The notes: generated from the sequence alone by a model not told the origin. A DNA stretch of 64,000 bases from Treponema sp. (GCA_024693045.1 JAILLQ010000038.1:86978-150977), one strand, 5' to 3'. Counted from the stretch's first letter, positions 49,498 through 59,051 are shown. Numbers and translations: made by a program.

Positions 49498-49505
49498 GCC
49501 GATAA
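49498..49505 (+). promoter_or_regulatory. Perfect sigma28 -10 (GCCGATAA), 7 nt before ATG 49513
   Basis: GCCGATAAatagagtATG; upstream TCAT/TAAA is -35-like. Confidence 0.5.
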
Positions 49506-49512
49506 ATAGAGT

Positions 49513-50931
49513 ATGGGTGAAATTTTAGACTTTACGGAACAATTAAAGACCGCAATAAAAGAAAAGACAGAATGGTTCAATCAGGTCCAGCTGCCAAAAA
49601 TGCTGGAAAATTATCATCTTCTGAATACTTGTGTGCGAAATATTTACGAAGCGCTTGTAAAAAAAGCCTTGATTACTCCAGATCCTTACAAGGGTGAACA
49701 CAAAATTTCAGAAATTTCTTCACCAGATGAAGGGCCATACATAGAAAGTGAAAGATCAGTTATAATCGGAACCCGTTTTTCAGAATACGAAAGTATGCTG
49801 GATTTTATCTGCACCTATGTAAAATTTTCCGTTGATTATTTAAATATTCCTAGAATAAAAAAACTGAATGACTTTAACAATGTTTTCCAGTGGACTAACA
49901 TGACAACAAATAATTCCAAGGTAAACAGCCGAGGACTAGCTACATTGATTCAGGAAGCAAAAACAAATGCTTCTCAATTGCAGTTAAGCCTCTTTTCCGA
50001 TTCAGTTTCAAAAAGCAGCCAGGCCGTAACCGAAATCACTGAAATTTTAAAAGAACTTTCAGATTTTCAGCGGGAAGTTTACAAACTGCAAATTCGCTTG
50101 AACTTCTACAATCACCCTCACTTTGAAAAAGAAAAGGCTTTTGTTTCTCCAGCGGCTTTAATCACAGAAATCAAAAAAATCTTCCCTCAGGTAATGGGAA
50201 AAACACCTTTCTACAGTGAATTGATAAACGAAATCACCGAAGAAGACCTGTCTGCAGACAAAATTGCTAAACAACAGCAGGTTTTAAACCGCCTGCAGAT
50301 AAAAAAAGCAGTTGTCAAAGAAAAAGTAAATAAAGTTGATACAAAGGCAATGATTTTGGACGCACTTTACACTTTGACAGGACTAACAGAAGTTTATGCC
50401 GCTGTATACGATAAATTAAACAATAACATAAACATTCTTGAAGGTACAAAAAACAATCTGGGTGCAAAATTTAAAAGACTCATACGCCACATTTTTAACC
50501 TTCCTGAACCTGAATTGATTTACAATTTTGTAATTACAGACCCCAAAAAGGGAACAAAATCTAATCGTTCAGTGGATGTTAGGATTTTTAACGGAAATAT
50601 TCTAAGAAAATCGAAATTTTATGCAGCTCTTTCAAATAAATCAGGACCAGAATTTCATAAGGTAAAAACATTTGATGACACTTCAATACTTGAGTTCACA
50701 AACAAAAACATCATGGAAAACCAGGAAATTCTTACTTTACTTGATGCAGCCGATGAATACTTTAAAGTAACTGTTCCAACTTCAGAAAGATCCAAAATCA
50801 AAGGTCTAAAGATGGATTTGATTACAATAAAAAATGTTGTCGTAAAAACTGTTCAAAAAAGAAGTGAATACTGTGCCTACATGGAAGAACAAGAACAGAT
50901 GCGAAAACTTGGAATTACAAATGAAGATTAA
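49513..50931 (+). CDS. Hypothetical cytoplasmic alpha-helical protein
   Basis: 472-aa ORF with no signal peptide or TM. Confidence 0.8.
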   Translation: MGEILDFTEQLKTAIKEKTEWFNQVQLPKMLENYHLLNTCVRNIYEALVKKALITPDPYKGEHKISEISSPDEGPYIESERSVIIGTRFSEYESMLDFICTYVKFSVDYLNIPRIKKLNDFNNVFQWTNMTTNNSKVNSRGLATLIQEAKTNASQLQLSLFSDSVSKSSQAVTEITEILKELSDFQREVYKLQIRLNFYNHPHFEKEKAFVSPAALITEIKKIFPQVMGKTPFYSELINEITEEDLSADKIAKQQQVLNRLQIKKAVVKEKVNKVDTKAMILDALYTLTGLTEVYAAVYDKLNNNINILEGTKNNLGAKFKRLIRHIFNLPEPELIYNFVITDPKKGTKSNRSVDVRIFNGNILRKSKFYAALSNKSGPEFHKVKTFDDTSILEFTNKNIMENQEILTLLDAADEYFKVTVPTSERSKIKGLKMDLITIKNVVVKTVQKRSEYCAYMEEQEQMRKLGITNED

Positions 50932-52495
50932 ACTTTTTATTTCTTTACTTTTTTCTTTAACAGGATTTATTTTTGCCCAGAATTTTAGTCTTCAGGATGC
51001 AGAAATAAATCAAGAATTACAGGATAATTTTACAATAGTAAACTCTCAGCACAACTATGATTTAAACCCTCACACGGCTTCTTATAGTGCAGAAGCTCAG
51101 ATACTGACTGGACTTTACGAAGGGCTTTTTACTTACGACCCTATAACACTTGATCCTTCTTACGCTATTGCAAAATCATTCCGTATTTCCCGTGATAAAA
51201 AACGCTGGACCTTCATTCTTAGAGACGACGCAAAATTTAGCGATGGAAGCCCTATAAAAGCGCAGGATATTATCGATTCATGGATTGATTTACTTGCAGA
51301 ACCAGCAGCAACCTACTCTTCTCTTTTCGATATTGTCGAAGGAGCTGAGGAATTTAGAAATGGGCTTACTTCCAAAGAAAATGTTTCTATAAAGGCGACT
51401 GATGAATATACAATTTCGCTTCATCTAAAAAATCCCGCTTCTCACTTAACAAAATTACTTTGCATGCCATGCTTTGCAGTAACTAAAAAAGGTCAAAAAC
51501 TTTATTCAGGCCCCTTTGTTTTGCAGGATGAAAGTGAAAATGGTCTTATCTTAGTCAAAAATGAAAATTATTACGATTCAAAAAAAGTTCCACTGAACAA
51601 AATCTCTATTTTGTATTGCAACGACGAATCTGAAAACACATATAACTACAATACAGGAAAAATCGACTGGCTTTCTTCAACCTTTAACAGCGAAGAACTT
51701 TTGACCAAAGATTCTATACAGCTTTTTGCCGAGTACGCTACCCAGTTTTTCTTTTTCAAACTTTCAGAACACAGCATATGGAATAATGCAGAATTCCGCC
51801 AGGCTTTATTAGAAGCAACTCCATGGGATGAATTAAGGGCAAATTCTTATGTAAAAGCTTCAACCTTGGTTTATCCTTTGAACGGCTACAAACAGCCTCA
51901 GGGATATGTATTCACAGATAAAAATGAAGCGGCCCTTTTATTAAAAGAAGCCAAGGAAAGCAAGGGGATTTCTTTTGAAGAAAGACTTTCAATAAGATTT
52001 GCTGTTCCTGACAATGAATATATGATGAAAAAAGCCGAGATTCTGAAAAATGCCTGGCTTGAAATCGGTGTAGACATGGAAATAATTCCTGTGGCAGATT
52101 ATGCCTACCTTTCAAACATTTCGCTTATAGATGCAGATTTATTTACCTACACTTGGATTGGAGATTTCGCAGACCCCCTTGCATTCTTGGAATTATTCAG
52201 GGGAAATTCAACCTTGAATGTTTCCAACTGGAAAAACGAAGAATTCGACCGTCTATTAGACGAATCGGCTTTATATAGTGATGAAAACCATAACAAGCTT
52301 CTTTCTCAGGCTGAACAGTTACTTTTAGACGAAGCAGTTATTCTTCCAATTCAGCATCCGGTAAGTGTAAATTTGATTGATTTAAATGCAGTCGGGGGCT
52401 GGTCTATCAACGCCTTTGATATTCACCCAATGAAGTATCTTTTCAAAAGAGAAACGAAAGATAAGATACCTAATGTCGTAATGCTTATAAAATAA
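50921..52495 (+). CDS. Peptide ABC transporter substrate-binding protein (OppA/SBP family 5), orphan
   Basis: Start moved to MKIKLF; LYEGLF, WTFILRDDAKFSDGSPIKAQD, YSGPFVL, WIGDFADP and ILPI. Confidence 0.88.
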   Translation: MKIKLFISLLFSLTGFIFAQNFSLQDAEINQELQDNFTIVNSQHNYDLNPHTASYSAEAQILTGLYEGLFTYDPITLDPSYAIAKSFRISRDKKRWTFILRDDAKFSDGSPIKAQDIIDSWIDLLAEPAATYSSLFDIVEGAEEFRNGLTSKENVSIKATDEYTISLHLKNPASHLTKLLCMPCFAVTKKGQKLYSGPFVLQDESENGLILVKNENYYDSKKVPLNKISILYCNDESENTYNYNTGKIDWLSSTFNSEELLTKDSIQLFAEYATQFFFFKLSEHSIWNNAEFRQALLEATPWDELRANSYVKASTLVYPLNGYKQPQGYVFTDKNEAALLLKEAKESKGISFEERLSIRFAVPDNEYMMKKAEILKNAWLEIGVDMEIIPVADYAYLSNISLIDADLFTYTWIGDFADPLAFLELFRGNSTLNVSNWKNEEFDRLLDESALYSDENHNKLLSQAEQLLLDEAVILPIQHPVSVNLIDLNAVGGWSINAFDIHPMKYLFKRETKDKIPNVVMLIK

Positions 52496-53081
52496 TCTTT
52501 CCGTTGCTCATATCTTTTATTTTATTGCAGAGAAGCTGATAATCGGCTTCAGGAACATTTCCGCTCACTGAAACTTGACTTTCAAACTTTTCTGCAAGAT
52601 CAGATATCTGAAGAGAATCCAAAAATCTTTTTACAGATTGATAAAGAGTATAGTCGCATTCAAAAGAAAAGGGAACTTTTTTTACATAAGCTTCAAACAA
52701 GCCCTTTTCTTCAGCAGCCAGCAAAACCTGTTTAGCCCCATCACCATAAGCTTTTACCAGACCACCTGTGCCAAGTAGAGTTCCTCCAAACCATCTTGTT
52801 ATAGTAAGAAGAAGATTGGTAACACAGTGACCTTTTAAAACATCAAGAGCAGGTCGTCCAGCTGTTCCGCTAGGTTCTCCATCATCGCTCATGCCCATTA
52901 TTTCCATCGAAAGCCCTATCACAAAAGCGTGAACAACATGTGTAGAATCAGCATACTTTGCTTTTTGCGCTTTTATCAGCTCTTTTGCCTGTGCCTGACT
53001 TTCGCAAGGAAACAGTTCACTCAAAAAACGGGAACCTTTTACTGTAAATTCAGAAGAAACTGCTTCTTTTAAGATATTCAT
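52485..53081 (-). CDS. yigZ: YigZ/IMPACT family protein
   Basis: KGSRF, ATH-like STHVVHAF, SDDGEPSGTAGRP and RWFGGTLLGTGGLVKAY. Confidence 0.92.
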   Translation of the reverse strand: MNILKEAVSSEFTVKGSRFLSELFPCESQAQAKELIKAQKAKYADSTHVVHAFVIGLSMEIMGMSDDGEPSGTAGRPALDVLKGHCVTNLLLTITRWFGGTLLGTGGLVKAYGDGAKQVLLAAEEKGLFEAYVKKVPFSFECDYTLYQSVKRFLDSLQISDLAEKFESQVSVSGNVPEADYQLLCNKIKDMSNGKIIL

Positions 53082-53086
53082 CCGCC

Positions 53087-55018
53087 CTACTCGACTGCCT
53101 TTTTAGCTTCTTCAACTAAAACAGATTCAACTTCTTTTGAAACAACCCTAGTACCCTGAGCCTTTAATCCTTTTTCAAGGAAGTTCTGTGCTTTAAAATC
53201 TTCAGAAAGAATTTTTACCTTAGGCTTTTTGATATAATTCAAAGTAAATTTAAAATTCTTTCTTGTATCAATATGGAGAACTTCCATACCATCAGGAGCA
53301 AAGAAATAATCCCTGTTCATTATATAGGCGGCAATCTTGCACCTTTTTACATAGACAAAATTTGTTGCCGGATCCCGATAAATGATGGTAAAGAGAACCT
53401 TAGAAATTGACTCCTTATCAGCAAAACCACAGTAACGAAGTTCCGGTCCTACAAATACTTTTCCAGGAGCTTCTGTTACAGTGTAGATACCACTTTTTCG
53501 CACATAAATAATGCGGTCAAAAGGAGTAATCTTCATCAGTTCAATTCCTCCGGATATCTGAGTACCAAGATTACCGTCCTTTTCATTGTACTTCAAAGGT
53601 ATATTTCTCTTTACAACAGCTTTAACATCAACTGTCTTAATATTTGTAATAGTTGTTTTTCGCTTAAAAGTTTCTGGGTCAAGTTTTGCTTTGACTCCGT
53701 CCAGATAAGAAATAGCATATTCAACAATATGTTTTAAGAGTTTTGCTATCTCCTTTAATCGGGCATTGATTGCCTGAACTTCTTTTCTATTTTTATTGAT
53801 ATCATACAAAGAAATTCTTCGGATTGGGATTTTAAGCAAATGTTCAACATCTTCTTTTGTAACAGCCCTAAGCAATTCTTTTTCAAAAGGGATAAAACCT
53901 TCCATAACAGCCTTTGTTACAGCAGTTTCAGTTTTCATTTCTTCAATTGACTTATAAATTCTTTCTTCGACAAAAATGCGTTCCAAGGTTCGCAAATGAA
54001 GTTTTTCCAAAAGTTCAGCTTTTTCTAACTCCAGTTCATCGTGCAGAATTTGGGTAAGCTGCTTTGCATGGTATTGGATTACTTCCGTGCAGGTCATCTG
54101 AACAGGCATATTGTCCTTGATAACAAGCAGATTACAGTAAACAGTCTTTTCACAGTCTGTAAAAGCGTAAAGAGAATCCACAACATCTTTTACGTAAACA
54201 CCTCTAGGTAATTTGATTTCAATGTTTACTTCTTTCGCGGTGTAGTTATCTATCGAAGCTATTTTTACCTTTCCGTTTCTGGCTGCTTTTTCGATAGAAT
54301 CCATAAGACTGTCAGAAGTTGAGCCATATGGCAATTCAGTGATAATAATTTTCTTTTCATCACGAGTATCCATTTTTGCCCGTGTTATCAATTTTCCTAA
54401 CCCATCTTTATATTCAGAACAGTCAATCAATCCTCCTGTCTGAAAATCCGGAAAGAGTTCAAATTTTTCACCTCTAAGACAGGCTTTTTCAGCTTCAATT
54501 ACTTCATTGATGTTATGACTCATTATTTGAGTGCTCATGCCAACGGCGATTCCTTCAGCCCCCATAATAAGAACAAGCGGAAGTTTAGCCTTAAAAGCTA
54601 CAGGTTCCTTATCTCTTCCGTCATAACTGTCTACATAATCCGTGATTGCTGGATTTGTATTCAAAATGTCCTTGGTAACTGGTCTCAGGCGACATTCAAT
54701 ATATCGGGGAGCAGAAGCAGAATCTCCCGTATAAAGATTACCAAAGTTCCCCTGCTTATCAATAAAAAGCTCTTTATTAGCAAGATTGACCAAAGCTGTG
54801 TAAATTGAAGCATCCCCGTGAGGATGGTAGGCCATTACCTTACCTACGACATTTGCAACCTTTGTAAAGCGACCATCATCATTTCGCAAAAGAGTATGAA
54901 TGATGCGGCGTTGAACAGGTTTAAATCCGTCGATAATTTCTGGAATAGCCCTGTCGCGAATAACATAACTCGCATACTGAATAAAGTTTTGATCAAAAAG
55001 ATTTTTTACATATGCCAT
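53087..55018 (-). CDS. parC: Type IIA topoisomerase subunit A, short spirochete ParC type
   Basis: DGFKPVQRR, YHPHGD and SAPRYIE (catalytic Tyr); 643 aa with a reduced CTD, no GyrA-box recognised. Confidence 0.8.
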   Translation of the reverse strand: MAYVKNLFDQNFIQYASYVIRDRAIPEIIDGFKPVQRRIIHTLLRNDDGRFTKVANVVGKVMAYHPHGDASIYTALVNLANKELFIDKQGNFGNLYTGDSASAPRYIECRLRPVTKDILNTNPAITDYVDSYDGRDKEPVAFKAKLPLVLIMGAEGIAVGMSTQIMSHNINEVIEAEKACLRGEKFELFPDFQTGGLIDCSEYKDGLGKLITRAKMDTRDEKKIIITELPYGSTSDSLMDSIEKAARNGKVKIASIDNYTAKEVNIEIKLPRGVYVKDVVDSLYAFTDCEKTVYCNLLVIKDNMPVQMTCTEVIQYHAKQLTQILHDELELEKAELLEKLHLRTLERIFVEERIYKSIEEMKTETAVTKAVMEGFIPFEKELLRAVTKEDVEHLLKIPIRRISLYDINKNRKEVQAINARLKEIAKLLKHIVEYAISYLDGVKAKLDPETFKRKTTITNIKTVDVKAVVKRNIPLKYNEKDGNLGTQISGGIELMKITPFDRIIYVRKSGIYTVTEAPGKVFVGPELRYCGFADKESISKVLFTIIYRDPATNFVYVKRCKIAAYIMNRDYFFAPDGMEVLHIDTRKNFKFTLNYIKKPKVKILSEDFKAQNFLEKGLKAQGTRVVSKEVESVLVEEAKKAVE

Positions 55019-55051
55019 TTTCCCACCCGCAAAATCTATACTTAGTTTATT

Positions 55052-55903
55052 TTAATTACCACATTCCATCAAAGAGCCAATTTGTATATCTCTTGTAATT
55101 AATTCCTGACCCTTGTTTTTTAATCTCAGTTTGTAAAGATATACATCAAAATGAAAATGTTCCTGAATAATATTTACCATAAGCCGGTTGGAACTTTTCA
55201 TCCCTAAAAAATCTTTATCTTCAGAAGGGAGTTTAGTAGTACCCTGCCCATCCATAAGCTGCTTAAAAGTATAAAACTCTTCTTTATCGTTGGAACATAT
55301 TAAACAACTTTTATTGTCGCTTACAAGAGTGAATCTTAATTCCTGACAAGTTTCTTTTGAAAACTGTCCCCCATAAAACTCTATTTTTAAACCGTAAAGA
55401 TTTAAATTCAACAAACTGAATACTATAACTCTAACGCCTCTTTTGATTGCGTCAGAAAGTTCTTCGACAAATGGTGCCAAATCCATAGATGAACTGATAA
55501 GAATTTCCTTATGAGAAGAACGTATCATCTGTTTAACATTGTCACGAATGTTCTGTAAACCTTTGATATTCAAAAATAAATTTGAAGAATTATTCGCGGA
55601 AGAAAGCAATTCTAAACTGGATTTTGCGATTTCTGCATTCTTTTTATAATTCGCAAGAATTTTATCAATCAACTCTTCTGGTCTTACAACAGTGTATTCA
55701 TTTGTGTTACCTGGAATAGAAAGGATAGCACCTTTCTTAAGAAGATTTTCAAGAGCTGCATAAACAGATGAACGCGAAAAGTTCAGATTCTTAGCAATCT
55801 GATAACCATTAATTTTTTCTTCGGGAACCATTGCACAATAAACTTTTGCTTCGGTTACTGTAAAACCCAAAGAAACAAGTGCATCCACTGAAACACAATC
55901 CAT
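55052..55903 (-). CDS. TrmB family transcriptional regulator
   Basis: LGFTVTEAKVY...GYQIAK..NFSRSSVYAALENLLKKG HTH plus effector domain. Confidence 0.9.
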   Translation of the reverse strand: MDCVSVDALVSLGFTVTEAKVYCAMVPEEKINGYQIAKNLNFSRSSVYAALENLLKKGAILSIPGNTNEYTVVRPEELIDKILANYKKNAEIAKSSLELLSSANNSSNLFLNIKGLQNIRDNVKQMIRSSHKEILISSSMDLAPFVEELSDAIKRGVRVIVFSLLNLNLYGLKIEFYGGQFSKETCQELRFTLVSDNKSCLICSNDKEEFYTFKQLMDGQGTTKLPSEDKDFLGMKSSNRLMVNIIQEHFHFDVYLYKLRLKNKGQELITRDIQIGSLMECGN

Positions 55904-55935
55904 CCTTTATAACTCCATAATTTACTTCTTATGAA

Positions 55936-55964
55936 ATTATAAAGTCGGATTAAAAGTGTGTCAA
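55936..55964 (-). promoter_or_regulatory. Consensus sigma70 promoter of the TrmB gene
   Basis: TTGACA-17-TATAAT (exact consensus). Confidence 0.85.
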
Positions 55965-55976
55965 ATTACAGAAGGA

Positions 55977-57698
55977 TTAATCTGTAAGATTATCCTGAAT
56001 AATAAGTTTTAATACAGGAACAGTTGCATCAGCTGCAAGTTGAGTTTCCTTTTCGATATCCTCCTTTTGAAGAGAGACACCAATTGTATCTGCCATAAGC
56101 TTTGTCTCTGCAGACAAATCAAGGAGATTTCCACCCTCACATGCGATTACAACATTCTTGTCCTTCATAAAATCAGAAAGCTGGGAAACAAACTTGTCAT
56201 TATCCATGCGAACCTGATTCAAGAAATAAATTACTGTATATCCGTGAATCTGAGCCAAGCGCTGGCAGCATTTTATAAGTCTGTTAGAGAATTTCTTTCC
56301 TAAATCTGTTTCTACAACATTTTCTGCAAAAACAAAAAGCATATTAGGAGTATCTCTGTGAACACCTGTATTCTGCTGTTCAACCTTTCCTGTTTCAAAC
56401 ATAAGATTCTGCATAAAGTTCTTGTCTGCAGATACTTCTGTTTCCTGAACAGGCATTTCTACGGCTTCATCGCCTAAAGTTTCTGGATCAGCTTCAACCT
56501 TTTCAGCTTCCTCGCCTTCTATCAACTTGTTAGCTTCTAGTTCTGCATCAGAGGCAACAGGAATATCGAATATAGAAAAACCTTCAACATTTTCTTCCTG
56601 CCCCATGATTTCTTTCAGGCGGTCTTCCATAGAGCCGCTAGGTTCTGTTGGTACAGATATTTTTATAACTGGCTCTGTTTTTACATCTTCGCCTTTACCT
56701 TCAAGTTTTGAATTTTCAATTTCTTCTTCAGTTGCTTCTGGAATATCCATAATTGAAAAATCGCCTTCGTCATACATCTTATTTTGTCCTAAGATTTCTG
56801 CAAGACGGGCATCCATTGCACTAGAATCTTCTGAAGAAGCAGATTCCTTATTATCAACTTCGTTTTCCATATTTTCCACAGGCACTCCCACTTTTTCTTT
56901 ATCATTCAAAATGATTTCAACATCTTCGTTAGAATCATCTTCTGAATCTTCATAAGTAATAATTGAAGGATTTTCGTCTTCACCCTCTTTCAAAGAAGGG
57001 ATACTTCCTTCATCCTTATTTTCAATTCTAAGCAGAACAGTTTCATTTCCGCCGGAATTCTTTTTATACAAAACCTGACATTCTTCATCAGTTTTAAAAT
57101 CTGCATTTTCGTCAGAGATTCGAATGTGAACCAAAGCCGGACAATCAGAAATCCATTTATCTTCCAGTTCCTTTAAGTTTTTAGGAAGAACAATAGTTTT
57201 TAAACTTGTACAGCCAGAAATTGCACCGGAACAAATCTTTGTAACAGAATCAGGTATTACAAGAGTTTCAAGAGCTGTACAGCCATCAAAAACTCCTTCT
57301 GGTAAAGTCTTTACGCCATTACAGAAAGGAATTTCTTTTAGTGAAGAACAAGCAGCAAAAAGACCTTCTGTAAAATCATCAACTTCCATAGGCATTTCTA
57401 CTTTTGTTAAAGATGAACAACCGCAGAACATAAAAGGAGAAAGTTCATGTAGATTTGCAGGAAGATGAACAAATTCCAATTCTGTAGAATTACAAAAGAG
57501 GTTTGCACCCACATAGTCCACTGATTCAGGAAGATTTATATTTCTAATCGAACAACAGGAAAAAGCTTCTTCTTCAATTCTTTCGGCCCCGTAAGGAACT
57601 GTTCCTGTAAAGTCAAAAGAAGAAGAATCTATTCCAACAACGCATTTTCCGCCATCCGAGTATACAAGTCCATTTTTCTTTGATGTTGATTCGTCCAT
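55977..57698 (-). CDS. BspA/TpLRR (LRR_5) repeat protein with an acidic duplicated linker
   Basis: Repeated F.GC.SL..V.IP..V units; no signal peptide. Confidence 0.85.
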   Translation of the reverse strand: MDESTSKKNGLVYSDGGKCVVGIDSSSFDFTGTVPYGAERIEEEAFSCCSIRNINLPESVDYVGANLFCNSTELEFVHLPANLHELSPFMFCGCSSLTKVEMPMEVDDFTEGLFAACSSLKEIPFCNGVKTLPEGVFDGCTALETLVIPDSVTKICSGAISGCTSLKTIVLPKNLKELEDKWISDCPALVHIRISDENADFKTDEECQVLYKKNSGGNETVLLRIENKDEGSIPSLKEGEDENPSIITYEDSEDDSNEDVEIILNDKEKVGVPVENMENEVDNKESASSEDSSAMDARLAEILGQNKMYDEGDFSIMDIPEATEEEIENSKLEGKGEDVKTEPVIKISVPTEPSGSMEDRLKEIMGQEENVEGFSIFDIPVASDAELEANKLIEGEEAEKVEADPETLGDEAVEMPVQETEVSADKNFMQNLMFETGKVEQQNTGVHRDTPNMLFVFAENVVETDLGKKFSNRLIKCCQRLAQIHGYTVIYFLNQVRMDNDKFVSQLSDFMKDKNVVIACEGGNLLDLSAETKLMADTIGVSLQKEDIEKETQLAADATVPVLKLIIQDNLTD

Positions 57699-57704
57699 AA
57701 CTAT

Positions 57705-57733
57705 ATTTTAATTCCATTTTCCAGTATTCGCAA
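57705..57733 (-). promoter_or_regulatory. sigma70 promoter, leaderless LRR gene
   Basis: TTGCGA-17-TAAAAT, then 6 nt to ATG 57698. Confidence 0.7.
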
Positions 57734-57765
57734 GGAAAAGAAAGGTAAAAAAGCGGACAATAATT

Positions 57766-58995
57766 CTAAAAAGCTACACCCAAAGAAGCTGAAAATTGGA
57801 AGGAATTTTCCGGAATGTTGTAAGAAAATCCCATAGCCATCGCAGGAAAGGCAACCTGCTGCATGTACAATTTTATACCAGCTCCTGGCCCATGCCCAAA
57901 GGCAAGTGAATCATCAAAATCACGGGCAAACAAACACTCATAAGAACCATAAAGAGAAAGAGTTGCAACTTTCTTTTTAAAAAGAGCACTTTCAAGAGTA
58001 AAACTAGAAGACGCAATTTTATCAGTTCTGAAAGAAGAGTGAAGAAGTCCGGAAGCTACACTGCTTTTAGAAGCCTGAAGCAAAACATTTTTGTTATAGT
58101 TCATATTTCCAGCTGCCTTTAAGATTCCTCTTATTCGGGGAATAAAAGGAATCTGAACTTCACCGAAAGCAGAATATTCCTGAATAAAATTTCCGTCTAA
58201 ATCAAAGCCAACAGAAGACCTTGCGGACAAATTTTTAGAAATTAAATACCAGCCGTTCCATTTTACATCAGAAAGGCTTGCTTTAAGCCCAAACTGCCAT
58301 ATATTCAAAACAGGATCCTCTTCATGGTCCCAAATGTTATCCAAAGTATAACCGGCATCCACAGACACAGAAAAGAAAGGTGTAAACTTTTCTTCAAAAG
58401 CTATTTTGCCGTTGAATTTTAAAGAATCGGCTTCATAAACTATTTCTTTGGCATAATCTTCAATTTCATTTTCATTGTAATTTGCTGAAAGAGATAAAGA
58501 AAAACCGGGATGACGTATATCTATAGCAGGCTTTGAAAACATAAAAAGCCCCATAAACATAGACGAACTGGCAAATCCCCCGGTGATAAGGTTATTTTTT
58601 TTGCCAAAAGCATTCATATTCATCAGCATAAAACCGCCCATAAAACCATCACTTGAATAAGAAGCAAATGGTAGGGGCAAAAAACTGATTTTTTCTTTCA
58701 ATTGCAAATTCAAAGTATTTTCTACAACAGAGACATTTATTTCACTAAAAATCCCCTGAGCCTGCAAAAGGGTTTCAACTTGGTTTACATCAAGGCTTTC
58801 AGAATCTTTTCCAATGAAATCTTTTAACAAAGACTGAACATAGGAATCTTTGGTCTTTTTTAGACCTGTTATTTGGATTTTTTCGATTACATATGATTTA
58901 TCTTCTGAATTTAATGATGTCGAATCAATATCTGCATAAAAAGCTGACAAGGCAGAGAAAATCAATATTATTTTAAAAAATATATCTTTTTTCAT
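57766..58995 (-). CDS. POTRA-containing outer-membrane protein (Omp85-like, one POTRA)
   Basis: Signal peptide; IEKIQITGLKKTKDSYV...L...GIFSEI POTRA; LKEK..FLP; N.FGKKN; C-terminal ...SLGVAF. Confidence 0.7.
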   Translation of the reverse strand: MKKDIFFKIILIFSALSAFYADIDSTSLNSEDKSYVIEKIQITGLKKTKDSYVQSLLKDFIGKDSESLDVNQVETLLQAQGIFSEINVSVVENTLNLQLKEKISFLPLPFASYSSDGFMGGFMLMNMNAFGKKNNLITGGFASSSMFMGLFMFSKPAIDIRHPGFSLSLSANYNENEIEDYAKEIVYEADSLKFNGKIAFEEKFTPFFSVSVDAGYTLDNIWDHEEDPVLNIWQFGLKASLSDVKWNGWYLISKNLSARSSVGFDLDGNFIQEYSAFGEVQIPFIPRIRGILKAAGNMNYNKNVLLQASKSSVASGLLHSSFRTDKIASSSFTLESALFKKKVATLSLYGSYECLFARDFDDSLAFGHGPGAGIKLYMQQVAFPAMAMGFSYNIPENSFQFSASLGVAF

Positions 58996-59002
58996 AGTGG
59001 AG

Positions 59003-59040
59003 AAAAAAAATCCCGCAGACTTATAAAATCTGTGGGATTC
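59003..59040 (-). terminator. Terminator of leuB
   Basis: Minus strand ATCCCACAGA-ttttataag-TCTGCGGGAT followed by a T run. Confidence 0.8.
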
Positions 59041-59051
59041 ATAAAATAAAA

